From Eledone cirrhosa (taxonomy: Eukaryota), in the NCBI GenBank assembly GCA_964016885.1, contig OZ024742.1:313596001-313660000 (forward strand): a stretch of 64,000 nt of DNA, read 5' to 3'. Positions 39,257 to 51,210 of the stretch are shown here, piece after piece. Made by a program: the position numbers and the translations under genes. The first letter of the stretch is position 1. Every line of letters begins with the position of its first letter. A model generated the notes under the pieces. It ran no database searches and was not told where the DNA came from. It saw nothing but the letters and a program-made list of their open reading frames with translations.

Positions 39257-39740
39257 CTGACCATATATATAATGAATGTATATTATACAACTCCCCATAT
39301 ATTTATATACAATTGATCATATATTTATATACAACTGACCAGATATATACAACTGACCATATATTTATATACAACTGACCATATATATATTTACAACTGA
39401 CCATATATTCATACAACTGACCATATATTCATACAACTGACCATATATTCATATAACTGACCATATATTTATATACAACTGACCGTATATTTATATACAA
39501 CTGACTATATTTATATACAACTGCCTATATATTTATATACAGTTGATCATATATTTATATACAACTGATCATATATTTATATACAACTAACTATATATTT
39601 ATATACAACTGGCCATATATATATATACAACTGGCCATATATATATACAACTGACCATATATTTATATACAACTGACTGCATATTTATATACAACCGACT
39701 GAATATTTATATACAACTGGCAATATATTTATATACGATT
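39040..39740. repeat. ~20-24-bp minisatellite atatacaactgaccatatattt, with a short inverted segment near 39185-39285
   Basis: Direct reading; tacattcattatatatatggtcagttat-(TA)n-ataactgaccatatatataatgaatgta forms a palindrome. Confidence 0.85.
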
Positions 39741-40715
39741 GATATTTATGTGTATGTCCATAAAATAACTTATCAAATGTATGTATTGTACATTAGTTTT
39801 AAAGTAAATTATCCACAAAATCAAATAGATATATTGTTGTAAGTCCGTATCACTCTCCCATCATGAAAGACATTTTGCTTTTTAATTATAGATGATTCAC
39901 TACACTGCACACTTACAGAGAGACTATGGAATATCTGAGATTTGACAAAATAAAAGTTTATTTGAAAATCCATATAGGTTTGAATCTCATTGAAGGTGCT
40001 GTGCTAAGCTGCTTCAATCATGCTTTTGATTATTGATGGTTCATACCTCTCTTTTGCTTAATTAAGTTGGAGAAGGATCACCATTTGGTAGATAATAAGT
40101 GTTGTCATATTAAATTAAATTAATAAATTGGAAGATGAAATATGTTGATGCTTGTTTGTATTGTTTGTATGTCAAACAAATTTGTATACATTGATAGATA
40201 CAATATGAAACACACATACTTACATGGATGAAGGACTAATGTCTGATACAAACTTTTTTCTGTCTTTCCTCCAAAGTATGAAAGAATAAGATTAATTGTT
40301 TTTGTATCTCTGTTTGTCAGTTTTTAAATTATATATATAGTGCATGACTAAACAAGAGATGTAAAAGCAGAGTCTTATTAGTTTCACACATAGGAAGAAG
40401 TGAATGAAGGTTTCAATGTGTCAGACATAAGTCCTTCTTCAGAAAATGGAAAGTTGGGAGAGAGAAAAGGGTGGAACAACAGTTTAAAAAAAAAAAAATG
40501 TATATATATATATAAATGAAACCCTGTAATTAACAAGCTCAAAGTATAAGTACTGAGCATTATAACAATAATATATGTAGTAATAAACACAGTAAATCAT
40601 GTGTCTAATATTACAAGGGTTGAAGAACCACATTTGTTTGAAATGTTTAACCATGAAGCAGACAGAATGATAAAAATAAAATTAAATTATACAGACCGCC
40701 TCAATAACTATTATA

Positions 40716-40797
40716 TCTCTCGGACAGATTAGGGATTAATTTGTTTCACCCAGAGTGTGTTTGTAACAGATAATCCACGGGCATCATCAGCGAGAGA
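40716..40797 (-). ncRNA. Type I hammerhead ribozyme motif, inverted copy of 41011-41092
   Basis: Reverse complement of the + copy, in the left arm of the palindrome. Confidence 0.85.
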
Positions 40798-41010
40798 ATC
40801 TGATTAAATGCGACAAACACCTAATACTAACGTTCACACAGAAAAATGAATTCTTCACCTCGTGTGCTGCAAGTCATATAAAGTTGCGTGTATTGGACTG
40901 TTATTTCTGACCAATACACACACACCACTTTTGACTTACGGCACACAAGGGGAAGAATCCATTTTTCTGTGTGAACGTTAGTATTAGGTGTTTGTCGCAT
41001 TTAATCAGAT

Positions 41011-41092
41011 TCTCTCGCTGATGATGCCCGTGGATTATCTGTTACAAACACACTCTGGGTGAAACAAATTAATCCCTAATCTGTCCGAGAGA
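41011..41092 (+). ncRNA. Type I hammerhead ribozyme motif (Penelope-like-element type)
   Basis: Stem I TCTCTCG (41011-17)/CGAGAGA (41086-92); core CTGATGA (41018-24) plus one extra T; stem II GCCC/GGGT; GAAA (41061-64); stem III ACAaATTA/TAATcTGT; cleavage triplet GTC (41083-85). Confidence 0.85.
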
Positions 41093-41242
41093 TATAATAG
41101 TTATTGAGGCGGTCTGTATAATTTAATTTTATTTTTATCATTCTGTCTGCTTCATGGTTAAACATTTCAAACAAATGTGGTTCTTCAACCCTCGTAATAT
41201 TAGACACATGATTTACTGTGTTTATTACTACATATTTTATTG

Positions 41243-41286
<44 letters not shown>

Positions 41287-41645
41287 TCGACTGAATACGC
41301 ACATGTATGTTTTTTCTCCCCAATTTCTTTTTTCTCAATTTCCCCATTCCTTCCTCTCGTCACTCTTTAATCGCTATTTATCTTCTATTTCTAACTCTGT
41401 CTTCTGATGAAGGACTAGTGTTTGAAATGTTAAGGCTCTCTTCTTCAAGCATTAAACTAATATATTTCTTCCATATACTGTGCTGTTTGTTTTGTGGTTT
41501 TTGTTATTACTTTTACATACACACACATATAATTAAAGTTTTTGCCCTGACATAGCTGTATGTGAATTTTCATACCATATGTCATTAGATATACAAAATT
41601 CACACACTTATACACACACACATATATATCTTTTCTTCTTTTCAG

Positions 41646-41776
41646 ACAGGCCATGGTTATGGGCTCGTCACGACAGGAAACCAAAAAAGTTTGCTGAGAA
41701 AGAATTTCGTAAATTTCAAAGTGAACAGCTTGATAAAGATGCAACATTTCAGTGGAACGTTGCTCAAGACTTTAAG
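41646..41776 (+). CDS. RLIG1: RLIG1 coding exon 2
   Basis: Polypyrimidine tract + ttcAG. G+AC completes Asp, then RPWLWARHDRKPKKFAEKEFRKFQSEQLDKDATFQWNVAQDFK (human DQPYLWARLDRKP...FFWNVEEDFK). Donor GTCAGA at 41777, phase 0. Confidence 0.95.
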
Positions 41777-42532
41777 GTCAGATATAAATATATTTTAATT
41801 TTATTATTATTCTACTGAAAGTTTTTATTAATTTTTTTTTTTTTAGCTTTTCAAAGTCTTTTGGAGTTGGTATCACCACCACCATTACCATCATCACCAT
41901 TATCATTATCATCATCACCACCATCATTATCATCTTCATCACCATCATTTTCATCATCACCACCATCATTGTCATCATCACCACCACCATCATCATCGTC
42001 ACCACAATCATCATCACCGCCATCATTATCATCACCACCATCATTATCATCATCACCACCATCATTATCATCATCATCAAAATCATCATCATCATCATTT
42101 TTATGTCTGTTTTTTTCTATCTTTGCATGCATTGGTTAAGACCTTTTCTGGCAAATTTTCTGTGGTCAGTTGCCCTTCATGACAACAACCCAAACATATG
42201 GCATATGCCACTGGGTTTTATTGAACTGCTATTCTGTAGGATATATTGATTATAGGGGACATAAACAACTGTCATCACAAATATTTTATAATCGGTGTCG
42301 ATATGATACACACACACACACACAGACACCCTCCCATACATATATATCCGGTTGGCATTTTTACAGCTTCTGTCTACCAAATTATCTCACAAGACATTGG
42401 TTAACCTGATGCTATAGTAGAAGAGAACTAAGTACCACACAGCAGGACTGAACTTGAAATCACATGGTTCCAAAACCAACTTTTAAGCCATATAGTCATG
42501 TCTGCACTTTATATATATATTTGTTATTACTG

Positions 42533-42760
42533 TAGGTGTCATGACAAAAAGCACCCAGCCCACACTGTAAAGTGGTCGTGTAGGTGTCATGACAAAAAGC
42601 ACCCAGCCCACACTGTAAAGTGGTTGTGTTGATGTCATGACAAAAAGCACCCAGCCCACACTGTAAAGTGGTCGTGTAGGTGTCATGACAAAAAGCACCC
42701 AGCCCACACTGTAAAGTGGTTGTGTTGATGTCATGACAAAAAGCACCCAGCACACACTAT
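42533..42760 (+). repeat. 48-bp tandem repeat (~4.5 units, alternating variants) inside a SINE B copy
   Basis: atgacaaaaagcacccagcccacactgtaaagtgg followed alternately by tcgtgtaggtgtc or ttgtgttgatgtc. Confidence 0.9.
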
Positions 42761-43169
42761 GTGGTTGGCATTAGGAAGGGCATCCATCTGTAGAAACCAA
42801 GCCAGAAACAGTTCTGTGTGAGCAAGAAATGATCACCTGACTCACCTTGCCTTAAATTGGACAACCTGTCTAAACCATGTTAGCATGGAATAATGGATGT
42901 TAAATGGTGATGATGATTGTTTTTCTGTTTCATTTTGTAGTATAATGGCATCTCTATGCTCAGTAATGTCTGTGATGTTGGTATAATTGTTGACTGTGCC
43001 ATCTCACTTCACCCTTTGGATATGTCAATTGAGGCTTTTAGTTGATATACTTGATAAAGTTCACTTGCTTTAAATACACTACAATGACTTTAGTGGTTTT
43101 AGGGGCAACAAAAACTTCATTAAAAGTTAAATCAATCTAGTTCCTGCAATTGATGCAGCTAGTCATTAA

Positions 43170-43500
43170 GGTGCCACTGTAGATGTTTTCACAGTCAGCA
43201 GTCACTCCTGGTCCTTATTATCTGTAATGTGTTGAAGGGTTATGGTATTGTGCCCTGTGCAATCCTTAATGTAGTTGGATCAGGATTTTCTTCGTCTGCC
43301 TCTATTTCACTCACCTTCAACTTTGTCCTGAAGAAGTTGTGGTGTGATACGTGACCGTACCAATTAAGATTCCATTTTTTTAGCATTGCAAGGTGTGGTT
43401 CGTATCTATTAATATATTTGTTGAGTTGCTGCTTCACAAACAGAGCACACGACAAACAACATTGTCATCTCAAGTTACGAGATGTTTAAAGAGAATGCTC
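43170..43500 (-). mobile_element. Decayed RTE LINE 3' fragment
   Basis: LNWYGHVSHH motif, followed by a frameshifted R-G-R-x-R-K-S segment. Confidence 0.6.
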
Positions 43501-45374
43501 TAAAACAGACAAATCCATTTTCACATCTATGTGCAGCTGCCAGACAGTAGATTAAGATGTATGTATGTAAGCATGTTTGTTTGTGCATGTTTGTGTATGT
43601 GTGTGTTGAAATGTTGGCATATGTGTGTGAAGAAAATCCATGACAATATCTTGTTTGATATTATTAACATGAAGTTAGAAAACATAATAAAAATATTTCT
43701 GAGTTTACATTTAACCTGCTACAAACACCAATCACAAATATTCAATAAATGAAAGCATTAACAAACAGAACTATACAATAATTAAAGTATTAAATATACA
43801 TTGATTAGTTTTTTTAAAATTATAATTTCATCACAATTGTAACCTATATTAAAAATATATTTCTGCAAAATGATTTTGAAAATAAAATCTGTATTATTAA
43901 GAAAGTTGGGGATATGACACTAAACTGATGACTGAATATGTTTCTCTTTACTGTTTTTACTTTACTGCCACAATTTGATACTTGTAATGTCTAGTCTCAC
44001 TTTATGGTGAATATTTTAAGTCTTATTTCATTTGAAGTGTTTGAGGTCATATAATGTGTGATGTAGCCACAGTTGTGGCTGTGTGGTTTAGAAGTTTTCT
44101 TTCTAAAGCATGTAGTCCTGGGTTCGTTCCTACTGTGTGACACACGGGTAAGAGTCTTTAGCTATAGCCCCGGGTACCACAACCTTGTGAGGGAATTGTG
44201 GTTGGTGGGGCACTCTATAAAAGCTTGTTGTGTATGTCTATCTACGTCTAAATTTTCAAAAGGTGGTAAATGGGCTAAGTCGTTAAAATGTCAGATAGAA
44301 TGATTTGTAGTATTCATTCTGACTCTGTAACTTCAAATTCTGCCGAGGTCAACTTTGCCTTTCATCCATTTAAGGTCGATAAAAAGTATCAGTCAAGTAC
44401 TGGGGTCGATTCTTCCTCTATATCTCTTTCTCAATTCCTTTCTCTTACTCTCTGGAAGAAATCTGTTGTTTTCAGACCTGGAGAGGAGATGGACTCTGCC
44501 AGTTTTAAAAATGTCCTAGAAACGCCATATGTCAATATGGCACCCCTACGACTCCCTGAGTAGTTATGGCTCCTTATATACAAACACACATACAATGTGT
44601 GATGAAAGAGCTTTGACAATTAAATCACCGCCTGGTTACTAAACTAACTGAGGAATGGATTAGTTACCTAAATAATAATAAAACTGAAGTGAAACTCAGT
44701 GTAAGAATATCTGTTTCAGTAGACGATTTCACATCAAGAGTCTTGCAAATCAAATATAAAAACGAAGGTCCCCGAACTTCTATTTTCCCTTGCAAAATCG
44801 GAAAACAGAAGCTCGCCTAATAAAGGAGCCCCTTGAGGCGGAGTGACTGTTGCAATGTGTGTCGTTGGCCATTCTCCATGGCAATGCCTTCATTTTTTTT
44901 GTCCATAGTATGCAGCCGAGAGATTTCTTCCCTTCCTTTTGTTGTTTAATTTCTCCTTTTCTTTTATTCTGTTCTTCATTTCCTTATTGCTTTGTGTAAA
45001 TATTTCTGTAAATAAAGATATCTTCATAAAAAAGAATATTGAGAAGAATGAAGTTTTTCCGAATATTATGAAAATATTTCTGAATGTAAGGGATGTAACT
45101 CTTAGGTAATTTAGAGTTACCTACACTTTGTTTTTGAGTTCTGAGAAAAGTCTCAACTTATGAAATTGAAAACACCGCCGAGGACGCAATTATTAATCTC
45201 TCTCTCTCTCCCCTCTCCCCCTCGTTCCCCCTCTCCCCTCTCCCCCTCGTTCCCCCTCTCTCCACCCTCTCCCCCTCCTTTCTCCCCTCTCTCTCGTTCA
45301 TTTACTGGTTTCAATCATACTCCAGTACTTATTTTAACCAATCTTCACCGAAATGTTAAAGCCATGCTTGTGAT

Positions 45375-45416
<42 letters not shown>

Positions 45417-45500
45417 AGTTTATCCCAGGTTCAATCGGGGGTAACAACAGTAAGTAAGGTACTCAATACATAGCAGAGTATAAATATTTAATATAGAAAT

Positions 45501-45546
45501 GGCTTCTACAGGACTTGAACTGTTTCATTCGGGAGAAATCATCATA
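45501..45546 (-). ncRNA. 5'-truncated hammerhead motif in a Penelope-like terminal fragment
   Basis: Minus strand: (a)TGATGA tTTC tccc GAAt GAAA CAG ttcaagtc CT GTA gaagcc. The 5' strand of stem I is replaced by (TA)n. The downstream tail carries the GTATTGAGTAC motif shared with the 29490 and 38500 elements. Confidence 0.55.
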
Positions 45547-45765
45547 TATATATGGCAACGTTTTATTGCCGACTGCCCTTCTCTGAAGCTAATCCTCCTA
45601 GTTACCTCATATCCAATGCAAGGATACAGTGTATCTATTCTGAAAGTGTTCATATTAAATTTAAACCTTTCATCATTTTATGGAAGAAAATGTTTGCTCA
45701 AATAGCAGCTTGAAAATGAACATGTTAGTTATTTTACTGAATCCCTTTATATTCTGCATTATTTA

Positions 45766-45957
45766 GGGTGTGAATTGGCAGTATCGGTAGAGGGTTGGAC
45801 GCCATGCTTTGGCGCATAGAGTTACGGCCCTTGCCATTCTGAGTTCAAATCCCGCCGAGGTTAACTTTGCCTTTCATCCTTATGGGGTCGATAAAATAAA
45901 GTACCAGTAATGTACTGGATAATTGCTGGCCTTGTGCCAAAAGTAGAAACAATTATT
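45766..45957 (+). mobile_element. SINE family A
   Basis: Full-length copy; attatttagggtgtg occurs at both ends (target-site-duplication-like). Confidence 0.8.
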
Positions 45958-46076
45958 TAGGGTGTGTATTTCCTTAGAAATATAGTATTGAAAAAGTTTA
46001 ATAAATGTAGAAGATTTATTGCAACATTGTTATTCTCTGTAGCTTAATATTTAATGTACACTTATTTGTTCTTCAG

Positions 46077-46161
46077 CCGGTTCCAGACCACTGGATTCCT
46101 GCCACAGGTATTGAAGTGAAAGATGGTGTTATTTATCCTGATAAAAACGGACATACACCTG
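46077..46161 (+). CDS. RLIG1: RLIG1 coding exon 3
   Basis: cttcAG acceptor; PVPDHWIPATGIEVKDGVIYPDKNGHTP(G) (human PAPECWIPA...PDENGHIPG); donor GTAAGT at 46162, phase 1. Not in the ORF track. Confidence 0.95.
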
Positions 46162-46667
46162 GTAAGTATGACCATATACCTGTTGAAAGAAAAACCTGTT
46201 CACTCATTCATTAAGCATTTAAAAGATTTATGAACTTAAATATTTCTGTTATGTCTAGCTATTGAAGAAATATTAAAATGACATATTTTGAAGCCATTTT
46301 CCCTACTAAATCAGTATTAACCTTCTGACACCCATGACAGATTTGATACTGACTGTAGAGTTCTTTATGAGGCAATGTTTTACAGCCAGATGCCCTCCTT
46401 GGGGCCAATCCTTTTAGTTGCCTCTTATGATATGAAGCAATATAGTGTATTTAGTATACACATACCAAAGTATAGTTACTGAGAATAGTAGTGGAGTAGG
46501 CTGAATAAACATAAACTATCATTTTATGATTCTCAGTGTATGTGCATGCATAACTGTGACAGTGACTTTTGTATTTGTGACTGCCACTGTGATCATTTCT
46601 GACTAAATAGCTATGTACAGCTGTATGTAAATGTGTTGGAATGTTAATCACCATCTTCAATTTTCAG

Positions 46668-46755
46668 GTTGGGTTCCTGTTGACGTGAACAGCAAACAAT
46701 ACTGTTGGCACCTAGCATCAGTGAATCTGAAACAAGGAACAGCATTGATACTCAA
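46668..46755 (+). CDS. RLIG1: RLIG1 coding exon 4
   Basis: ttttcAG acceptor; (G)[28 protein letters not shown](K) (human [20 protein letters not shown]...ALVLK); donor GTGAGT at 46756, phase 2. Confidence 0.95.
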
Positions 46756-47961
46756 GTGAGTTCTTAAACATTTTTCATCAGTTCATTTTTATCCTTTTGT
46801 GACCATATTTGGAATAAAATATTGTATTTCAATTAATTAGTGAAGAATTTGGATGGATTTACTAATATTATTATTTAATTATTAAGATGGTATTTCTAAC
46901 ATAACATAACAAAAGGCTTTTATATCCGATTATGGTGGAAGGATTCAATTTAAATAGGAACCCTTTAAAATGGGCTGCTTTGTTTCATAGATATGAAAAT
47001 TGTTTTAGCCAGTTTGATATCTTGGCATTAGTAGCAAGATAGGTCTTTAGAGGAGAAAAGCCCAACCCTTGCTCTTCATGATTTTGCCTCTCAACTTCTT
47101 ACACTCTAATGAGGCCAAACCACACCCAGGTAATGACTGCTGGATGACCATCTGATGATGCTTTGTAACCATTTGGCTATCAGAGACTTTTGGAGATAAA
47201 TTGTGTTCATCCTCGACCAGATCCAGCTGGAACTCTTTTTGGCTTTTTTGGCTATTGCTTTTAGGACAAGTTAAATAGACAGACTGAAACTAAATAATAT
47301 ACTTCACCTGTTTGATTCAACAACACAGCAACTTCTTTCCTTAATGAGTTCTATAGACTGATAAAAAAATTACATACTGACATTCAACTAGCTGTAAAAA
47401 AATTTGACTGTTATTTCTAGTAGGTGAAGCAACTGCACGACACTCTTTTGTTGGTTTGCAAGCAACAGCTATAAAACCAACCAAATCGCATCGTACTCTC
47501 TTAAAAAGGGATACAGCATAGTGATAAGTGAACTCTACTACTAGGTGTTCTGTGTCTCTGAGCAAGGTACATAACTCTGGCTGCTTTTATTTGCCTGTCT
47601 GATAACTAGTGGCTCCACCTGTAGCTCGTCGTTGATGGGTTATTAATAGGGAGAATATCATCTTGTAAAAGAAATGTATTTAATAACAACAAAAAGCATC
47701 TCATAAAAGAAGCATGAAAAAAATAAATGGTACTCTCCCAGAAAAAAACTTGCTACGGAAAAAAATGAAATTCTGCTGTTAGATAAATTAATTTTCTTCC
47801 AGATCTTTTGTAAATATCTGAACTCTAGTATAATTTAATCATATTAACATTAAAGTAGAGTTTAATAAAACACTTAAAACCTAATATAAAGTAAATTAGA
47901 TCAATGAAATTTAGAAATGGTTTTTGTTTTTTCTATTATTATTATTATTTTTATATATCCA

Positions 47962-48153
47962 TAGGCAGTGGATTGGCAGTATCGGTAGAGGGTCGGATGC
48001 CATGCTTTCCAGCATAGTTACGTCCCTTAACGATCTGAGTTCAAATCCCGCTGAGGTTGACTTTGCCTTTCATCCTTACGGGGTCGATAAAATAAAGTAC
48101 CAGTAATGCACTAGGTAATTGCTGGCCTTGTGCCAAAAAGTAGAAACAATTAT
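47962..48153 (+). mobile_element. SINE family A
   Basis: Full-length copy flanked by the direct repeat attattatttttatatatc. Confidence 0.8.
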
Positions 48154-50698
48154 TATTTTTATATATCAAGGGAAGTAAGTATCATTTCTTCAATCTAAGG
48201 GAAGTAACTCAGACAGGACAGTTTTGAAAATTATTCATTAAAAAGAATTCTGATTAGGCATGAAAATATGTAATTACAAGGTTCACATTTTTAAGGGGCT
48301 GGAGAAACGGTAATTTAATGTATAAAGGAAGTGGAAAACTCTAACCCTATTGTTACCATATTTCCAACGGGATTGTGATCAAATGGAAAATTATCAGAAT
48401 AATTATTGTTGATATAATTATAGTTGATACAACAGCATATTGACCTAGAGCGGTGGTTCCCAAAGTGGGTTCAATAAAGGAGTATCTGTAGTTCCGGGAA
48501 AAAAGTAGAGGAGTATATTACGACCATATAACAGGACTTAGTGGTTCTTCCAAACGTTTCTGTAGTTCCGGGAAAAAAGTAGAGGAGTATATTACGACCA
48601 TATAACTGAACTTAGTTGTTCTTCCAAACGTTTCTGAATCAAAAACCCTGATCTAAATGAAATCGAAGTTGATTTGCTCTCAAAACTAATTTTTATAGGA
48701 TCGTTTTGCCTTGTTTTTATCCTTACATTTCTTGGGAAAAAATAAAAGAGATGTGGTGAGTATGTAACATATCAACCCTTTTGATGTCAAACTGCCCTGG
48801 CGTTATGATGCACCCCTGCTTATTATAAATGTTCATACTTATATAAAAAAAACCCTCCTCACTCCCTTTTCCTCTTACTTCAGAGAGTAGTCCGGGCAGA
48901 GTTCTCAGACACACCTTCCAGTGGGTCCTATCAGAAACAACTATCTCCAAATGATCTGGCTGGATGATCCCTAAGTGAGACCAACTGAGCTCATGGATGT
49001 TATCTAATCATTTTGCTTTTAGTCTACCTCCAAGTCTCCAGCCAGTTGGCTTTACCTGTAAAATCTGTTCAACAATTCTTTCCTTAGACGTTCTAACTAT
49101 GTCTGTAGTTCCAGAGCTGTGATCTCTTGATTCGGCGAAGTACTGGTTCTACCTGGTGCATCTCTTTGATCTTTGAGCTATCAAGTAACCTTAACTCAAA
49201 GCCCCTTCGGAGGAACCGCATTTCAGCTGCTTATATTCACGATCATATTCTTTCTTAGTCAATACCAAAGATTTATGACGATATGTAAGCATAGGCATAA
49301 ATACTAAATTGAAGATATTGAGGTTCGGGATGCCCTAGTCGGTTGCATGAGGTGCAAGTCACCTGGTTTAAATGGTCTGCCCTACGAGTTTTATGTAGAT
49401 ATGCCAGGAATGTTCTCCAGTCTCCTTGAAGTGCTTTGTTATGGCTTTACAGCTCTTTACGTTTTGAGTTCAAATCTCACCGAGGTTAGCTTTGCCTTTC
49501 ATCCTTACAGGGTCGATAAAATAAAGCACCAGTAATGCACTGGGGTCAATTTAATTGACTTTCCCCTGCCCCCAAAATTGCTGGCCTTGTGCCTAAATCA
49601 GAAACCATTATTATTTTTATTATTCTGAGTTCAAATTCCACCATGGACTAATTAATAAATGCCAGTGTTTAACACCATCACCTGGCTTTTGGCGATATGT
49701 AAGCATAGGCATAAATACTAAATTGAAGATATTGAGGTTGACATTTACACCTTCCTTCTGATGACTGAGTGTTGAAGCTGGTACATTATTGCACCAGCTC
49801 TTGCAATTCTTGCATTTAATTCAACCTTCTGCTATTATAATTTAATTTTAAAAAGTTTTGTTAAGTAATGTTTCAAACATCGGATAACTAATGAAACGGT
49901 TAGTTATCTCATTACATTCTTCAAGTTTTCAAAATTAATTGATATACATAGGTTATGTAAAGATAAAGGGTTAAAACTCCAGTTGGTCACGAATGACCCA
50001 GAATGTTCTCCTTCAAGGCACAAGCTTGGGCAAGGTGATTTTGTGGAAGACCAGCAGTCATCCATGCACACCTATCTCCCCTCTCTATGCCACTGCTATC
50101 GTCTAAGAGAAAGACAAAGTCTGATACCGCATGACACCAGTGATCTCATAACTCATTTATACAGCTGAGCACACTAGAGCAATGTAAAATAAAGTGACTT
50201 GCTCAAGGACAAAACACATTGCCTGGTCTGGGAATCGAACTCACAACCTCATGATTGTGAATCCATCCCTCTATTTACTAAGTAATGTGTCTTCACAAGG
50301 CAGTGTCTTTCATTAGAAATACAGTAACAAAATAGTTAAAGAGTTAATGATTCACACCAATGTTTCCATGCTTGTGTGGGTCAGCTGAAGTCTGGAGCTT
50401 ATCATGGATTCACATATGTTAAGTAATTCAGAGTAGAAGATTCTTTCCTGGATGGACTGCCAGTCAGTTGCATGGCTAACCCATAGCTGTTTTCAGTACC
50501 CATTTTTAGGTGAGTGAACTAGAGAGACAGGAAATTAAGTGTCTTACTGAAAGACACAATGCGTTACCTCTTCTGGAATTGTTGAGCCTAACATCCTAAA
50601 TGTTTGGTCACCTGCCTTCATTTGTAGCTTTTATGTTTTTTGATACCATACTCAAAAGTTGACATCTGTTCATATTTTGTATATATATATAATTACAG

Positions 50699-50802
50699 AG
50701 AATCAGAGAATGGTGACTTAGAAATCTGCCTGGTTCCTCTAAATGATATCTTAAATCACACTGCCGAATTAATTGGCACTTCAGTGAATGGAAACCCTTA
50801 CG
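50699..50802 (+). CDS. RLIG1: RLIG1 coding exon 5 (gene continues; later exons not found in window)
   Basis: ttacAG acceptor; (K)ESENGDLEICLVPLNDILNHTAELIGTSVNGNPY(G) (human [29 protein letters not shown]); donor GTAGGT at 50803, phase 1. Confidence 0.95.
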
Positions 50803-50954
50803 GTAGGTGATAAAGTTGCCTAGCTTTTTTTCTTTTTCTTTTAGAAAGGCATGTACTTCACACTAGCTCACAATCTTACATTCATTTAATCTTTCATACA
50901 AATCTTTCATACATAATTTTGCTGGAATAATCAGTTTTTCTAATAGCCTAACTG

Positions 50955-51190
50955 ATGTTTCTGAGTCGAGGAGAGCAGGGGTTAGAAACGGTAGCGTATT
51001 TCAGACCCTACCTCAACGGCCTACCACATCTCTCGTCAGCCGATGCTGAATGTTGCGAATGTCCGATAACTTCAGCTGAGGTTCAGGATGCCCTAGTCGG
51101 TTGCATGAGGTGCAAGTCACCCGGTTTAAATAGTCTGCCCTACGAGTTTTATGTAGATATGCCAGGCTTGTTCTCCAGTCTCCATGAAGT
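50955..51190 (+). mobile_element. L1/Tx1-type LINE ORF2 fragment; partial second copy at 49320-49430
   Basis: LPHLSSADAECCECPITSAEVQDAL...KSPGLNSLPYEFY matches the pre-RT KSPGxDGLPxEFY motif. Confidence 0.75.
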
Positions 51191-51210
51191 GCTTTGTTAT
51201 GGCTTTATAG

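Larger units (their letters stand above)
40562..41246. mobile_element. ~690-bp palindrome, probable inverted Penelope-like pseudo-LTR pair
   Basis: Arms 40562-~40860 and ~40950-41246 are near-perfect reverse complements; the centre (~40904) is imperfectly self-complementary; each arm carries a hammerhead; the right end abuts (TA)n. Confidence 0.75.

Noticed and set aside
41076-41363. ORF within the palindrome arm as a Penelope GIY-YIG remnant
   Set aside because: No recognisable GIY-YIG or RT motifs, and it runs through (TA)n. The Penelope assignment therefore rests on the ribozymes and the inverted structure only.
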